From positions 1 through 25,552 of IMG/VR virus record IMGVR_UViG_3300014872_000008: DNA of 25,552 bases, one strand, 5' to 3'. The position numbers and the translations under genes were made by a program. Each line of letters begins with the position of its first letter. Positions within the stretch are counted from its first letter, which is position 1. A model generated the notes under the pieces. That model was not told the origin of the DNA, did no database searches, and saw only the letters and a program-made list of their open reading frames with translations. Below are positions 16,514 to 24,442 of the stretch, in pieces. This DNA is from a virus. Lineage: Duplodnaviria > Caudoviricetes.

Positions 16514-17298
16514 CGCGCCACGACGCCGTTCTCGTGGAACTGGCGACCCGAACGAACGTCAAGTTCAACCGCTACTTCCCGACCTGCACGCCCGCGTGTC
16601 ACCCGACGTCCCTACGGAAGGAGGATCACAGCGGCCTGTGCCGGGCGCTCTACGTGAAGCATGCGCAGTTCATGGCCGCCGGCGCCATCCATCGGGAGCG
16701 GCTGTTCATGGCGGCCAACCGGATCGGGAAGACGGAGACGGTCTCGTTCGAGGTCGCGGCGCACATGACGGGCCTGTACCCGACATGGTGGAGGGGACGC
16801 GAGTTCGACCGACCGGTGCGCGCCTGGGCCTCTGGCGACACGATGCTGACCACGCGCGACATCCTCCAGGTCGCGCTGCTCGGGCCGGTGGACTGCGTCG
16901 ATACCAGAGACTGGCGCGGCATGCTCCCCGTCCACTTGATCGTCGACACGACCCGAAAGAGCGGTGGGGTGTCGAAGTGCCTCGACCAGGTGTGGGTTAA
17001 GCACGTCAGCGGTGGGCGCTCGATCTTGGAGTTCAAGAGCCATGACCAGGGTCGGCGGGCCTTCCAGGGCACCGAACAGGACGTCATCGTGCTCGACGAG
17101 GAGCCGCCGGACGACGTCTACACGGAGTGCCTGCTACGCACGATGACGACCGATGGCCTGATCCTGTGTTCCATGACGCCGCTCCAAGGGCTGACGCCGT
17201 TCGTGCAGCAATACCTCGAGACAGCCACGATGATTGATAGCGATGGCCTCGCCCAGAAGGCGAGCGAAGCGGTGTGGCCGAGTGGGAGTGCGGCATGA
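16510..17298 (+). CDS. terL: Terminase large subunit, N-terminal ATPase part
   Basis: Walker A AANRIGKT, TGLYPTWW.G, Walker B VIVLDEE, coupling motif MTPLQG; P22 gp2-like. Confidence 0.9.
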   Translation: MTRHDAVLVELATRTNVKFNRYFPTCTPACHPTSLRKEDHSGLCRALYVKHAQFMAAGAIHRERLFMAANRIGKTETVSFEVAAHMTGLYPTWWRGREFDRPVRAWASGDTMLTTRDILQVALLGPVDCVDTRDWRGMLPVHLIVDTTRKSGGVSKCLDQVWVKHVSGGRSILEFKSHDQGRRAFQGTEQDVIVLDEEPPDDVYTECLLRTMTTDGLILCSMTPLQGLTPFVQQYLETATMIDSDGLAQKASEAVWPSGSAA

Positions 17299-17486
17299 GC
17301 CGCTGTCCCATTTGCGACGGGGAGGGTTGTATTACTCCACATGAAGACGAGATCCCGTGGGGACTCGGACCCGCGCTGAGACCGGCGACAGTCAGGCGAC
17401 CACCGGTGCAAGTCGCTGATCCTCGCGTCCCAAGCGGCATACCGGCACCTGATGACGACGACCTCGACGGGGCGAGGATCTATTGA
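17295..17486 (+). CDS. Small protein (CPICDGEG) between the two terL halves
   Basis: GGGAG SD; ATGA overlap with terL-N and TTGA overlap with terL-C. Confidence 0.6.
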   Translation: MSRCPICDGEGCITPHEDEIPWGLGPALRPATVRRPPVQVADPRVPSGIPAPDDDDLDGARIY

Positions 17487-18229
17487 GTCGATTGGTCGTG
17501 TCCGCCACGTGGGATGACGCCCCGCACCTCGATGAGGCGACCAAGGCGCAGCTCTGGAACTCCATCCCGGCGTATCAGCGTGACGCTCGGACAAAAGGGA
17601 TCCCCCAACTGGGGTCCGGCGCGATCTACCCGTTTCCGGAAAGCCAGTTCAAGGTCGCGATCGCCGACGAGTTCGAACCGCCGAAGCACTGGCCGAGGGC
17701 GTTCGGCGGAGACTGTGCCCTCTCGGGCGTCACGGCGGCTGCGTGGGGGGCTCTCGATCGCGACAGCGACACGCTCTACGTCTACTCGGTCTACCGGCGA
17801 TCCCAGGCCGAGACGGCCGTCCATGCGGACGCCATCAAGGCGCGCGGGGTCTGGATCCCAGGCGTCATGGACGCCGCCGACGTGCTCGACCATGACCGGA
17901 CGCAGTTCATCACCCTCTACAAACGCCACGGGCTGGACGTCATGTTGCCGGACAAGGCGGTCGAGGCTGGCATCCAGGACGTCTACGACCGGATCAGCGC
18001 CGGGCGTCTGAAGGTGTTCGCGTCCTGCGTAGCGTTCTGGGACGAGTTCAGGCTCTACCAGCGCGACGAGCGCGGGCGCGTGGTGAAGAAGAACGATCAC
18101 GTCCTCGACGCGGTCCGTTACCTCGTGCGCACGGGCCTACGGCACGCGAAGGTGAAGCCCGAGCCGAAGGAGGAGGTCACGCATCTTGAGTATGAGCAGG
18201 GGCGCGCCAACCTCACGTGGATGCAGTAG
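17483..18229 (+). CDS. terL: Terminase large subunit, C-terminal (nuclease) part
   Basis: TWDDAPHL, RDARTKGIPQLGSGAIYP, GGDC, EFRLYQRD..VKKNDHVLDAVRY; TTG start. Confidence 0.9.
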   Translation: MSRLVVSATWDDAPHLDEATKAQLWNSIPAYQRDARTKGIPQLGSGAIYPFPESQFKVAIADEFEPPKHWPRAFGGDCALSGVTAAAWGALDRDSDTLYVYSVYRRSQAETAVHADAIKARGVWIPGVMDAADVLDHDRTQFITLYKRHGLDVMLPDKAVEAGIQDVYDRISAGRLKVFASCVAFWDEFRLYQRDERGRVVKKNDHVLDAVRYLVRTGLRHAKVKPEPKEEVTHLEYEQGRANLTWMQ

Positions 18230-18269
18230 CGTGGAGTTCTCGGAACGTGCCACCCTGTCCGCGTTCACG

Positions 18270-18788
18270 ATGTGCTCTCCAGCACGACGTACACCATGTT
18301 GCACGGCGACGGTGCAGAGCTATCGGCGAGGGTGTCGCTGCTTGCTGTGCCGGGCGGCGAATGCGGCAGATGAACGGCACCGTCGGCACACGCGCGAGCC
18401 GAGACTGGTGCCGACGACTGACCTGCGCGTGACGATTCAAACCTTACGCGCCAAAGGGATCGGGCTGAAGCAGATCGCGCGGCTGGCACAGGTGAGCCTG
18501 TTCACGATCAGTAGCGTGGCCAGTGGACGCTCTCGGCGCGTCCGGCGCAACACCGCCGAGCGCATCCGCACGATACGGCCGGTGCGCGCGGCGAGTGCCA
18601 AGGTGTCGGCGTGGCGCAGTCGGCGTCTGGTCGAGGCCCTGGTCGCCGAGGGCTACTCGATCGAGACCATCCGGGCGCGCGCGCGCCTCTCGCGGTTCGT
18701 TATGAGCCGGTTGGTCCAGCGTCAGTTGAGGGTCTACGTCAGCACGCAGAGTCGCTTGGCGATGGCCCATGACGCGATGACCACGTAG
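18270..18788 (+). CDS. Zn-finger + HTH DNA-binding protein
   Basis: YRRGCRCLLC followed by GIGLKQIARLAQVSLFTISSVASG and a second HTH-like segment; start uncertain. Confidence 0.7.
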   Translation: MCSPARRTPCCTATVQSYRRGCRCLLCRAANAADERHRRHTREPRLVPTTDLRVTIQTLRAKGIGLKQIARLAQVSLFTISSVASGRSRRVRRNTAERIRTIRPVRAASAKVSAWRSRRLVEALVAEGYSIETIRARARLSRFVMSRLVQRQLRVYVSTQSRLAMAHDAMTT

Positions 18789-18870
18789 CGATGCGCGTTG
18801 GGGGTGTGAATAACCACGTTCACGCGAATCACCCTCACGATGTTCGTGGGGGGTATGAATAACCACGTTC
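18789..18870. repeat. Imperfect 33-bp direct repeat (18789-18821, 18838-18870)
   Basis: 29/33 identical; core GGGGGTRTGAATAACCACGTTC; 49-bp period. Confidence 0.85.
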
Positions 18871-18888
18871 TACAAACGGAGACGACTG

Positions 18889-19224
18889 ATGGATGCAACG
18901 ACCGCCCAGAAGCCCGACTCGATGGTGTCCATGACCGCGCCGAAAGCGGCGCCAGACGCGAAGTCGAGCGGCACCATTCGATCCGTGCGCGTCGAGCCGG
19001 CCGACGGCGGCTTCATCGTGAACATCGACCGCGAGAGCGGCGATGGTGGCATGGGCTCCATGCCGAAGCCGCACGTCTGCAAGGACGCCGCGGAACTGCA
19101 CGCCTACATCGACGAGGCACTCGGCCTGGCGGCAGCGCCTGAGCCGGCGCCGGCGATGGAGGACGAGAACATCCGCATGGACGCCTACGAGGCGCCCGAG
19201 CCGTCGAGCCAGTTCCGCGGGTAG
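18889..19224 (+). CDS. Hypothetical protein
   Basis: GGAG SD; GC3 bias. Confidence 0.7.
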   Translation: MDATTAQKPDSMVSMTAPKAAPDAKSSGTIRSVRVEPADGGFIVNIDRESGDGGMGSMPKPHVCKDAAELHAYIDEALGLAAAPEPAPAMEDENIRMDAYEAPEPSSQFRG

Positions 19225-19237
19225 GTGGTCGTCTGCG

Positions 19238-19525
19238 ATGGCGAAGCCCAAGCCTGACTACGGCGCAGTGGCGAACCACGGTCTGCGCCGGCAAGCCCAT
19301 CTCGAGCGTCTCGCCACGCTCGAACGGCAGCGCGATGAGGACTGGCCACGTGTCCAGGCAGCGCTCGAACGGGCCGAGGAAGCTCGAATGATCACGCTCG
19401 CGCAGGGCATCCATACGGAGCAATTGCTCCAACAGATCTTCGCCCAGGTGCCAGAGGACCGACGGTCGCAGGTCGAAGCGCGGATTCGTCCGTTCACGAA
19501 GATCCAGGTGTCGGTCGATGGATAG
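19238..19525 (+). CDS. Hypothetical helical protein
   Basis: AGGTGG upstream; overlaps the next gene. Confidence 0.6.
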   Translation: MAKPKPDYGAVANHGLRRQAHLERLATLERQRDEDWPRVQAALERAEEARMITLAQGIHTEQLLQQIFAQVPEDRRSQVEARIRPFTKIQVSVDG

Positions 19526-19832
19526 ACGCGCGTTCTTGAAGGCGATTGGGATAGGTGCCGCCAGCATGGCTGGTGCCATGACCCTTGATCCCGAACTGGC
19601 GCTCTGGGTGCCAGGGCGCAAGACGTTCTTTCTGCCGACTACTGTTGTGCTTGGGCCAGGCAACACGTTCCTGACCATCGAACAGATCACGCGCGAAGCG
19701 CTCCGCATGTTAGAGAGCAACGTGTCGTTCGCTCGGCGCATCAATCGTCGCTACGATGAGCCGTTCACTGCCGGGGCCGGGACGATCGTCAGCATTCCAG
19801 CGCCCCCGCGATACGTATACGCACTCACGTAG
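19518..19832 (+). CDS. Twin-arginine signal protein fused to a copy of the coat-protein N-terminus
   Basis: MDRRAFLKAIGIGAASMAGAM + DPELALWVPGRKT + NTFLTIEQITREALRMLESN...PPRY, which aligns with the coat ORF in this window. Confidence 0.82.
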   Translation: MDRRAFLKAIGIGAASMAGAMTLDPELALWVPGRKTFFLPTTVVLGPGNTFLTIEQITREALRMLESNVSFARRINRRYDEPFTAGAGTIVSIPAPPRYVYALT

Positions 19833-19844
19833 GAGAGACACCCA

Positions 19845-19937
19845 ATGGCTGGAGCCACAGCAGGTTCGAAGGGCAGCATGAAGACGGTCGCCAAGGTTGC
19901 CGGTGGCCGGGTCGACTCGGGCAAGAAAAGCAAGTAG
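19845..19937 (+). CDS. 30-aa basic Gly/Lys-rich peptide
   Basis: AGGAGA SD; MAGATAGSKGSMKTVAKVAGGRVDSGKKSK. Confidence 0.6.
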   Translation: MAGATAGSKGSMKTVAKVAGGRVDSGKKSK

Positions 19938-19949
19938 CGTGCGTCCTGG

Positions 19950-20025
19950 TGCTGGGTAGAGCAGTGGCCAGCTCGTTCGGCTCATAACCGAAAGGTCGCG
20001 GGTTCGAATCCCGCCCCAGCTACCA
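19950..20025 (+). tRNA. tRNA-Met (CAT), initiator-like
   Basis: Full cloverleaf: acceptor tGCTGGG/CCCAGCt, D stem GAGC/GCTC, anticodon stem TTCGG/CCGAA with CAT at 19983-85, T arm GCGGG-TTCGAAT-CCCGC, encoded ACCA. Confidence 0.95.
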
Positions 20026-20174
20026 ACTTCAACGACGCCAGCGCCCGGTGACGCTGGCCTCTCGACGCCCATTCACTGTCTTCGCGTTGATTGTTCTGTT
20101 CGGACTCGCGACCCGGACGATGGTTTGGCTGACGTTCCCCGTGGAACATCGGCCGAAGGATCGCCCGATTCGCG

Positions 20175-20447
20175 ATGCTCGAGCAGCTTCCCAAGCACCT
20201 GTCCCGCCAGGACGCAGACTCGCGCGAGCGATGGTCGATCGCTGCGTACAAGGTCCTCTCGGACCAACTGAGTGACGACGGGCTGTTACTCCTGATCGCG
20301 GCCGGCCGTCAGAAGTTCCTGAAAGACTCCCGGCTGGCGTTCCGTGGTCAGGACTTCCGCGAGGATGACCACGAGCGGATCTGGCAGCTCCTCATGAGAC
20401 GGGCCAGAAAGTTAGCGTCGAACGGTCCGGTTACGATCTATGGCTGA
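20175..20447 (+). CDS. Hypothetical protein
   Basis: Helical ORF overlapping the portal start; start uncertain. Confidence 0.55.
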   Translation: MLEQLPKHLSRQDADSRERWSIAAYKVLSDQLSDDGLLLLIAAGRQKFLKDSRLAFRGQDFREDDHERIWQLLMRRARKLASNGPVTIYG

Positions 20448-22824
20448 CCCACGCACGGTCCGCCTGACCGAGCCGGCGCTGCAGCTCGGCGCGCAGGTGC
20501 CCGATGGCCAAGTCAGCCTGACGCTATCCGACACGGACGTCTCGCCCGCGCAGGCCAAACGGGAGAAGATCGCCGCGTTCCTGGCGCTCGCCAAGACACG
20601 CTTCAAGCTCGTCTCCTCGACCGAGTCTCAGCTACGCCAGGACATGCTCGACGACCTAAAGTTCCGGGCGTCCGAGCAGTGGGACGCGACGGCGATTGCC
20701 GATCGGCAGGCGGACGGACGGCCGTGCCTGACGATCAACCGGCTCGCGCAGTTCGTGCGGCAGGTCACCAACGCCCAGCGGGCGGCCAACTTGGCCGTGA
20801 AGGTCACGCCGGTGGATGACGGGGCCGACGTCAAGACGGCCGAGACGATGCAGGGCTTGGTGCGGCACATCGAGCAGCAGAGCGACGCGCAGGTGGCCTA
20901 CGCGACCGCCAGCGACCATCAGACCACGATGGGTCGTGGCTACTGGATCGTCGATACCGAGTACGAACACGAGAAGAGCTTCGTCCAGGGCATCAGGATC
21001 AAGCGCATTCGTAACCCGTTCACGGTGTTCATGGACCCAACGGCGCAGGAAGCGGACGGGTCAGACGCCCGGTTCGGGTTCATCGTCGAGGATGTCCCGA
21101 AGGACGAGTACAAGGTCCGCTTTGGCGACGCCGCCATGGCGAGTCTTGAGGAGTTCATGGGCGCCGGCAGCCGCGAGCCAGACTGGCTGCCCGAGGGGAA
21201 GGTCAAGATCGCGCTGTACTGGTATGTCGCGCAGGAGACCACGACCCTCTACCTGGTCGAGTACAAGAACGGGCAGCAGGAAGCGCTGACGAAGGAAGAA
21301 CTGGAGCAGATCCCAGCACCATTGGCCGTCTACACGGTCGTCAATTCGCGGCCAGTGACACTCAAGCGCGTGAAACGCGCCTTGATCAACGCCGCCGAGA
21401 TCCTCGAGGGGAACAACGACCTGACAGAGGGCCGTGACTGGCCTGGCAAGTGGATCCCGATTGTGCCGGTGCTCGGCGACGAGCTGGACATCAATGGGCA
21501 AGTGGACTACCGCGGCATGATCCGCGATGCCAAGGACCCGCAGCGGCTCTACAACTTTCAGAACTCCGCCCTGGCCGAGACGTTGGCGCTCGTGCCGAAG
21601 GCGCCGTTCATCGGGGCTGAGGGGCAGTTTGAAGGGCACGAGGCGAAGTGGAAGTTGGCGAATCGTCGCGCCTTCCCCTACCTCGAATACAAGGTCAAAG
21701 ACATCAACGGGGTCGCTCTGCCGCCACCGCAGCGGAGTTCCGCCGGCGCCGACATCGGCGCGATCATGACGGCCATCCAACAGTCGGACCAGGACCTCAA
21801 GGCGACGATGGGGCTGTTCGAGCCATCGCTCGGCATCCGCGACAGTAACCAGCAGTCTGGCCGGGCCATCCAGGCGCTCCAGAAGCAGGGCGAGCAGGCC
21901 AACTCCAACTTCCTCGACAACCTGAGCCGGGCGATCCGGTTCACGGGCCGGATCATCGTCGACCTCGTGCCGCACATCTACGACGTGCCGCGGGTGTTGC
22001 GGATCATCGGCGACGACGAGACGGACCGGAAGGTCATGGTGATGTCGGGCCCGAACGCGCCGGCCAGCATGACGCCAGAGGCCATGGAAGAGCAGGAGAT
22101 CGACGGGATCTTCGACCTGTCCATTGGCCGCTACGACGTGATCTGCCAGGCCGGCCCATCGACCGCAACGAAGCGCGACCAGGCGCTCCAGGCGCTCACC
22201 GGGTTCGTGCAAGCCTACCCGGCGGCATTCCCACTGCTCGGGGACCTGCTCGTCGGCAGCTTGGACTGGCCAGGGGCCCAGGCGGCGGCCAAGCGTCTCA
22301 AGGCCGCCATCCCGCCAGAAGTGCGCGACCAGGACGGCGCCAGCGAGACCGACCCGCAGCAGCTCATGGCGCAGATACAGCAACTCATGCAGCAACTGGA
22401 GATGGCGAACGTCGCCCTGCAGGAGGCGCAGCAACTCGTCCAGGGCAAGCAATTGGAACTCCAGGCCCAAGAGCGGATGAAGCAGATGGAACTCGACTCG
22501 CGCGAGCGGATCGAGGGCATCAAGGCGGAGGTCTCCGCGCTGCAGGTGCTGACGAAGGTCAAGGCCGACGCCGCCATCGCGGACCGGAAGATCGGGGCCG
22601 AGATGCTCGAGCAACGGATCGACCACGCCCATGAGCGGGCGATGGCGGCGCAGGCCCGCGCCGACGACCGAGTCGAAGCCGAGGAGGGCCGAGAGGCGAA
22701 CCGGGAGGATGCGCAACGCACTCGGTTCGATGACCGGGTGGACGCGACCGTGAACCGGGTGCGCGACCGCACTGACGCGGACCGACAAGGCGAGCGAGAC
22801 CGCGCGAGCGGGCCGCCCGCATGA
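20440..22824 (+). CDS. Portal protein, P22-like
   Basis: DDLKF..EQW..R..DGRPCLTINRL, WIPIVPV.G, GMIRDAKDPQRLYN, SGRAI and a Q-rich C-terminal coiled coil; lies between terL and scaffold. Confidence 0.92.
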   Translation: MADPRTVRLTEPALQLGAQVPDGQVSLTLSDTDVSPAQAKREKIAAFLALAKTRFKLVSSTESQLRQDMLDDLKFRASEQWDATAIADRQADGRPCLTINRLAQFVRQVTNAQRAANLAVKVTPVDDGADVKTAETMQGLVRHIEQQSDAQVAYATASDHQTTMGRGYWIVDTEYEHEKSFVQGIRIKRIRNPFTVFMDPTAQEADGSDARFGFIVEDVPKDEYKVRFGDAAMASLEEFMGAGSREPDWLPEGKVKIALYWYVAQETTTLYLVEYKNGQQEALTKEELEQIPAPLAVYTVVNSRPVTLKRVKRALINAAEILEGNNDLTEGRDWPGKWIPIVPVLGDELDINGQVDYRGMIRDAKDPQRLYNFQNSALAETLALVPKAPFIGAEGQFEGHEAKWKLANRRAFPYLEYKVKDINGVALPPPQRSSAGADIGAIMTAIQQSDQDLKATMGLFEPSLGIRDSNQQSGRAIQALQKQGEQANSNFLDNLSRAIRFTGRIIVDLVPHIYDVPRVLRIIGDDETDRKVMVMSGPNAPASMTPEAMEEQEIDGIFDLSIGRYDVICQAGPSTATKRDQALQALTGFVQAYPAAFPLLGDLLVGSLDWPGAQAAAKRLKAAIPPEVRDQDGASETDPQQLMAQIQQLMQQLEMANVALQEAQQLVQGKQLELQAQERMKQMELDSRERIEGIKAEVSALQVLTKVKADAAIADRKIGAEMLEQRIDHAHERAMAAQARADDRVEAEEGREANREDAQRTRFDDRVDATVNRVRDRTDADRQGERDRASGPPA

Positions 22825-23125
22825 GTCGTTTGCGCACCGCGAGCATCTTTGCCACGATCACGCGCATGAGCTAGACCGTGTTTGGACCAGTCAGCTAGAC
22901 CTCGGCGACGGTCGAGGCGACGCTCCGCTCCCTGGCGGGCTGATTGAGACAAAGGGATTCGCAGGGGAAGGGGCCTTGCCGATGCGCCGGTGGATACCGG
23001 TGAGTTGGCTCGGCCTTTTTCCTTTGCGGGCCCCATACCCCCAGGGAACCGTTTTCATCGTCGGCCATTCAGGGAGCGTGGCCTTTGTCGCTGGCGGCAA
23101 CGTCGGCGCGAGATGCACGCTTCGT

Positions 23126-24244
23126 ATGCCTGACATTCGACTCGACTCGACGACGAACACACGTGAAGAGGTCGCGGCTGCGCTCGGCGTGACGCCCGTG
23201 ACGCCTGAGACCGTGCCCGTGGTCGCACCGGTGGCCGCGAGCGAGACCGTTGTCGCGCCAAAAGCCACGCCAGAGACGCCAGCGGTCGAGAAACCGGTGG
23301 CCGCAAGCGAGACCAAGCCAGCCGAGACGGACGACGACGACTCGGACGACGAACCCGATCCGCAGGACAGTTCCGAGGCTGGACGCGCCCTCTCGACGCG
23401 CCGCCGGAAGATGCAGCATCGCATCGACAAGCTGACCTTCGAGAAGCACACGAGCGTGGCCGAGCGCGACCGCGCGCTGGCGAAGGCCACTGAGCTGCAG
23501 GCCAAACTCGACGCCCTCACGAGCGGCAAGCCGGCCACCGATCCAGTTAGCGATCCGGTCAAGACGGCCGATCCGGTCAAGCCGGCGACGTTCGATACGC
23601 CGCGGCCAAAGCAGGGCGACTTCGACGACTACGAGAAGTACGAAGAGGCGCGCGACGCCTGGGTCGAAGCCAAGACGGCGTTCAACATGAACGCGGCGCT
23701 GGCCGAGCGCGACCGCAAGGCCGCCGAAGCCGTGCTCGCCGCAGAAGAAGTCCAGCGGCGAGCGACGCTCGCCCGCGAGATCGCGGACGAGGACGCCGCT
23801 TATCAGCGGCGCCTGGTCGCCGCGAAGGCGAAGCATCCGGACTTCCAGGACGTGTTCGAGCAGGCGAAGGACCTCGCGGTCAGCCGCCCGATGCTCGACC
23901 ACATGCGGTTCTCCGAGATGGGCGCCGAATTGACGTACTACTTCGCGACCCATCCGACCGAGGCCGAGCGCGTGGCGCAGATGGCACCGGCGCCGGCGAT
24001 TGCCGAGATGGGACGCCTGGAAGCGCGCATCGAGGCCGGGCTGATTGGTGGTGCCTCTGACGCGCCACCGACTGCCGGCATGGCCACCGTGTCAGCGCCG
24101 GCACGCGTGCCCGTCAGCAAGGCCCCGGCGCCGATGACGCGCCCGGGCGGTGGATCCACGACCTCGAGCAAGCCGCTCGACGAAGAGGACTACCAGACGT
24201 TCAAGCAGCGCCGACAGGCCGCCATCGCGGGCTCCCGTCGGTAA
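23126..24244 (+). CDS. Scaffolding protein
   Basis: Acidic/Pro-rich N-terminus, RIDKLT coiled coil, PKQGDFDDYEKYEEA, KHPDF..V, GAELTYYFATHP; between portal and coat. ATG 23126 preferred over 22976. Confidence 0.82.
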   Translation: MPDIRLDSTTNTREEVAAALGVTPVTPETVPVVAPVAASETVVAPKATPETPAVEKPVAASETKPAETDDDDSDDEPDPQDSSEAGRALSTRRRKMQHRIDKLTFEKHTSVAERDRALAKATELQAKLDALTSGKPATDPVSDPVKTADPVKPATFDTPRPKQGDFDDYEKYEEARDAWVEAKTAFNMNAALAERDRKAAEAVLAAEEVQRRATLAREIADEDAAYQRRLVAAKAKHPDFQDVFEQAKDLAVSRPMLDHMRFSEMGAELTYYFATHPTEAERVAQMAPAPAIAEMGRLEARIEAGLIGGASDAPPTAGMATVSAPARVPVSKAPAPMTRPGGGSTTSSKPLDEEDYQTFKQRRQAAIAGSRR

Positions 24245-24249
24245 CAGGT

Positions 24250-24323
24250 TCGCGAGCTTCGGCTCGTGTTGCTCGGTTCGACTCGTGTTCGTTGCGCATC
24301 ACTCGCGGGCTCCGGCCCGTGTT
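24250..24323 (+). promoter_or_regulatory. Duplicated UNCG-tetraloop hairpins in the scaffold-coat spacer
   Basis: CGCGAGC-TTCG-GCTCGTG (24251-68) and CGCGGGC-TCCG-GCCCGTG (24304-21). Confidence 0.65.
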
Positions 24324-24442
24324 CGTGGCTTCGATGGCCCACCGCGCACCCGCCATCGTCTTTGCCGTTCTTGCCCGTCGCGTCGGCTGCGACCCCGTTG
24401 CATTTTTCCAGGGGCGCGGTGCGTCCCGCAAAGGCTCGAACG

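Noticed and set aside
17220-17482. Group I intron or intein in terL
   Set aside because: No recognisable P/Q/R/S elements or intein termini; the interval reads as a coupled ORF.
18789-18870. Possible mini-CRISPR array
   Set aside because: Only two imperfect copies with a 16-nt gap and no cas genes; kept as a plain repeat.
20048-20275. 75-aa ORF with hydrophobic N-terminus after the tRNA
   Set aside because: No SD and a 100-nt overlap with ORF 20175-20447; cannot be supported.
21061-22788. 575-aa minus-strand ORF and other long antisense ORFs
   Set aside because: Shadow frames of high-GC3 genes (here the portal) with no motifs.
24242-24442. Scaffold-coat stop read-through fusion (same frame, 66 open codons after TAA)
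   Set aside because: Open stretches of this length are common at this GC content, the translated spacer looks non-protein-like, and there is no known read-through context.
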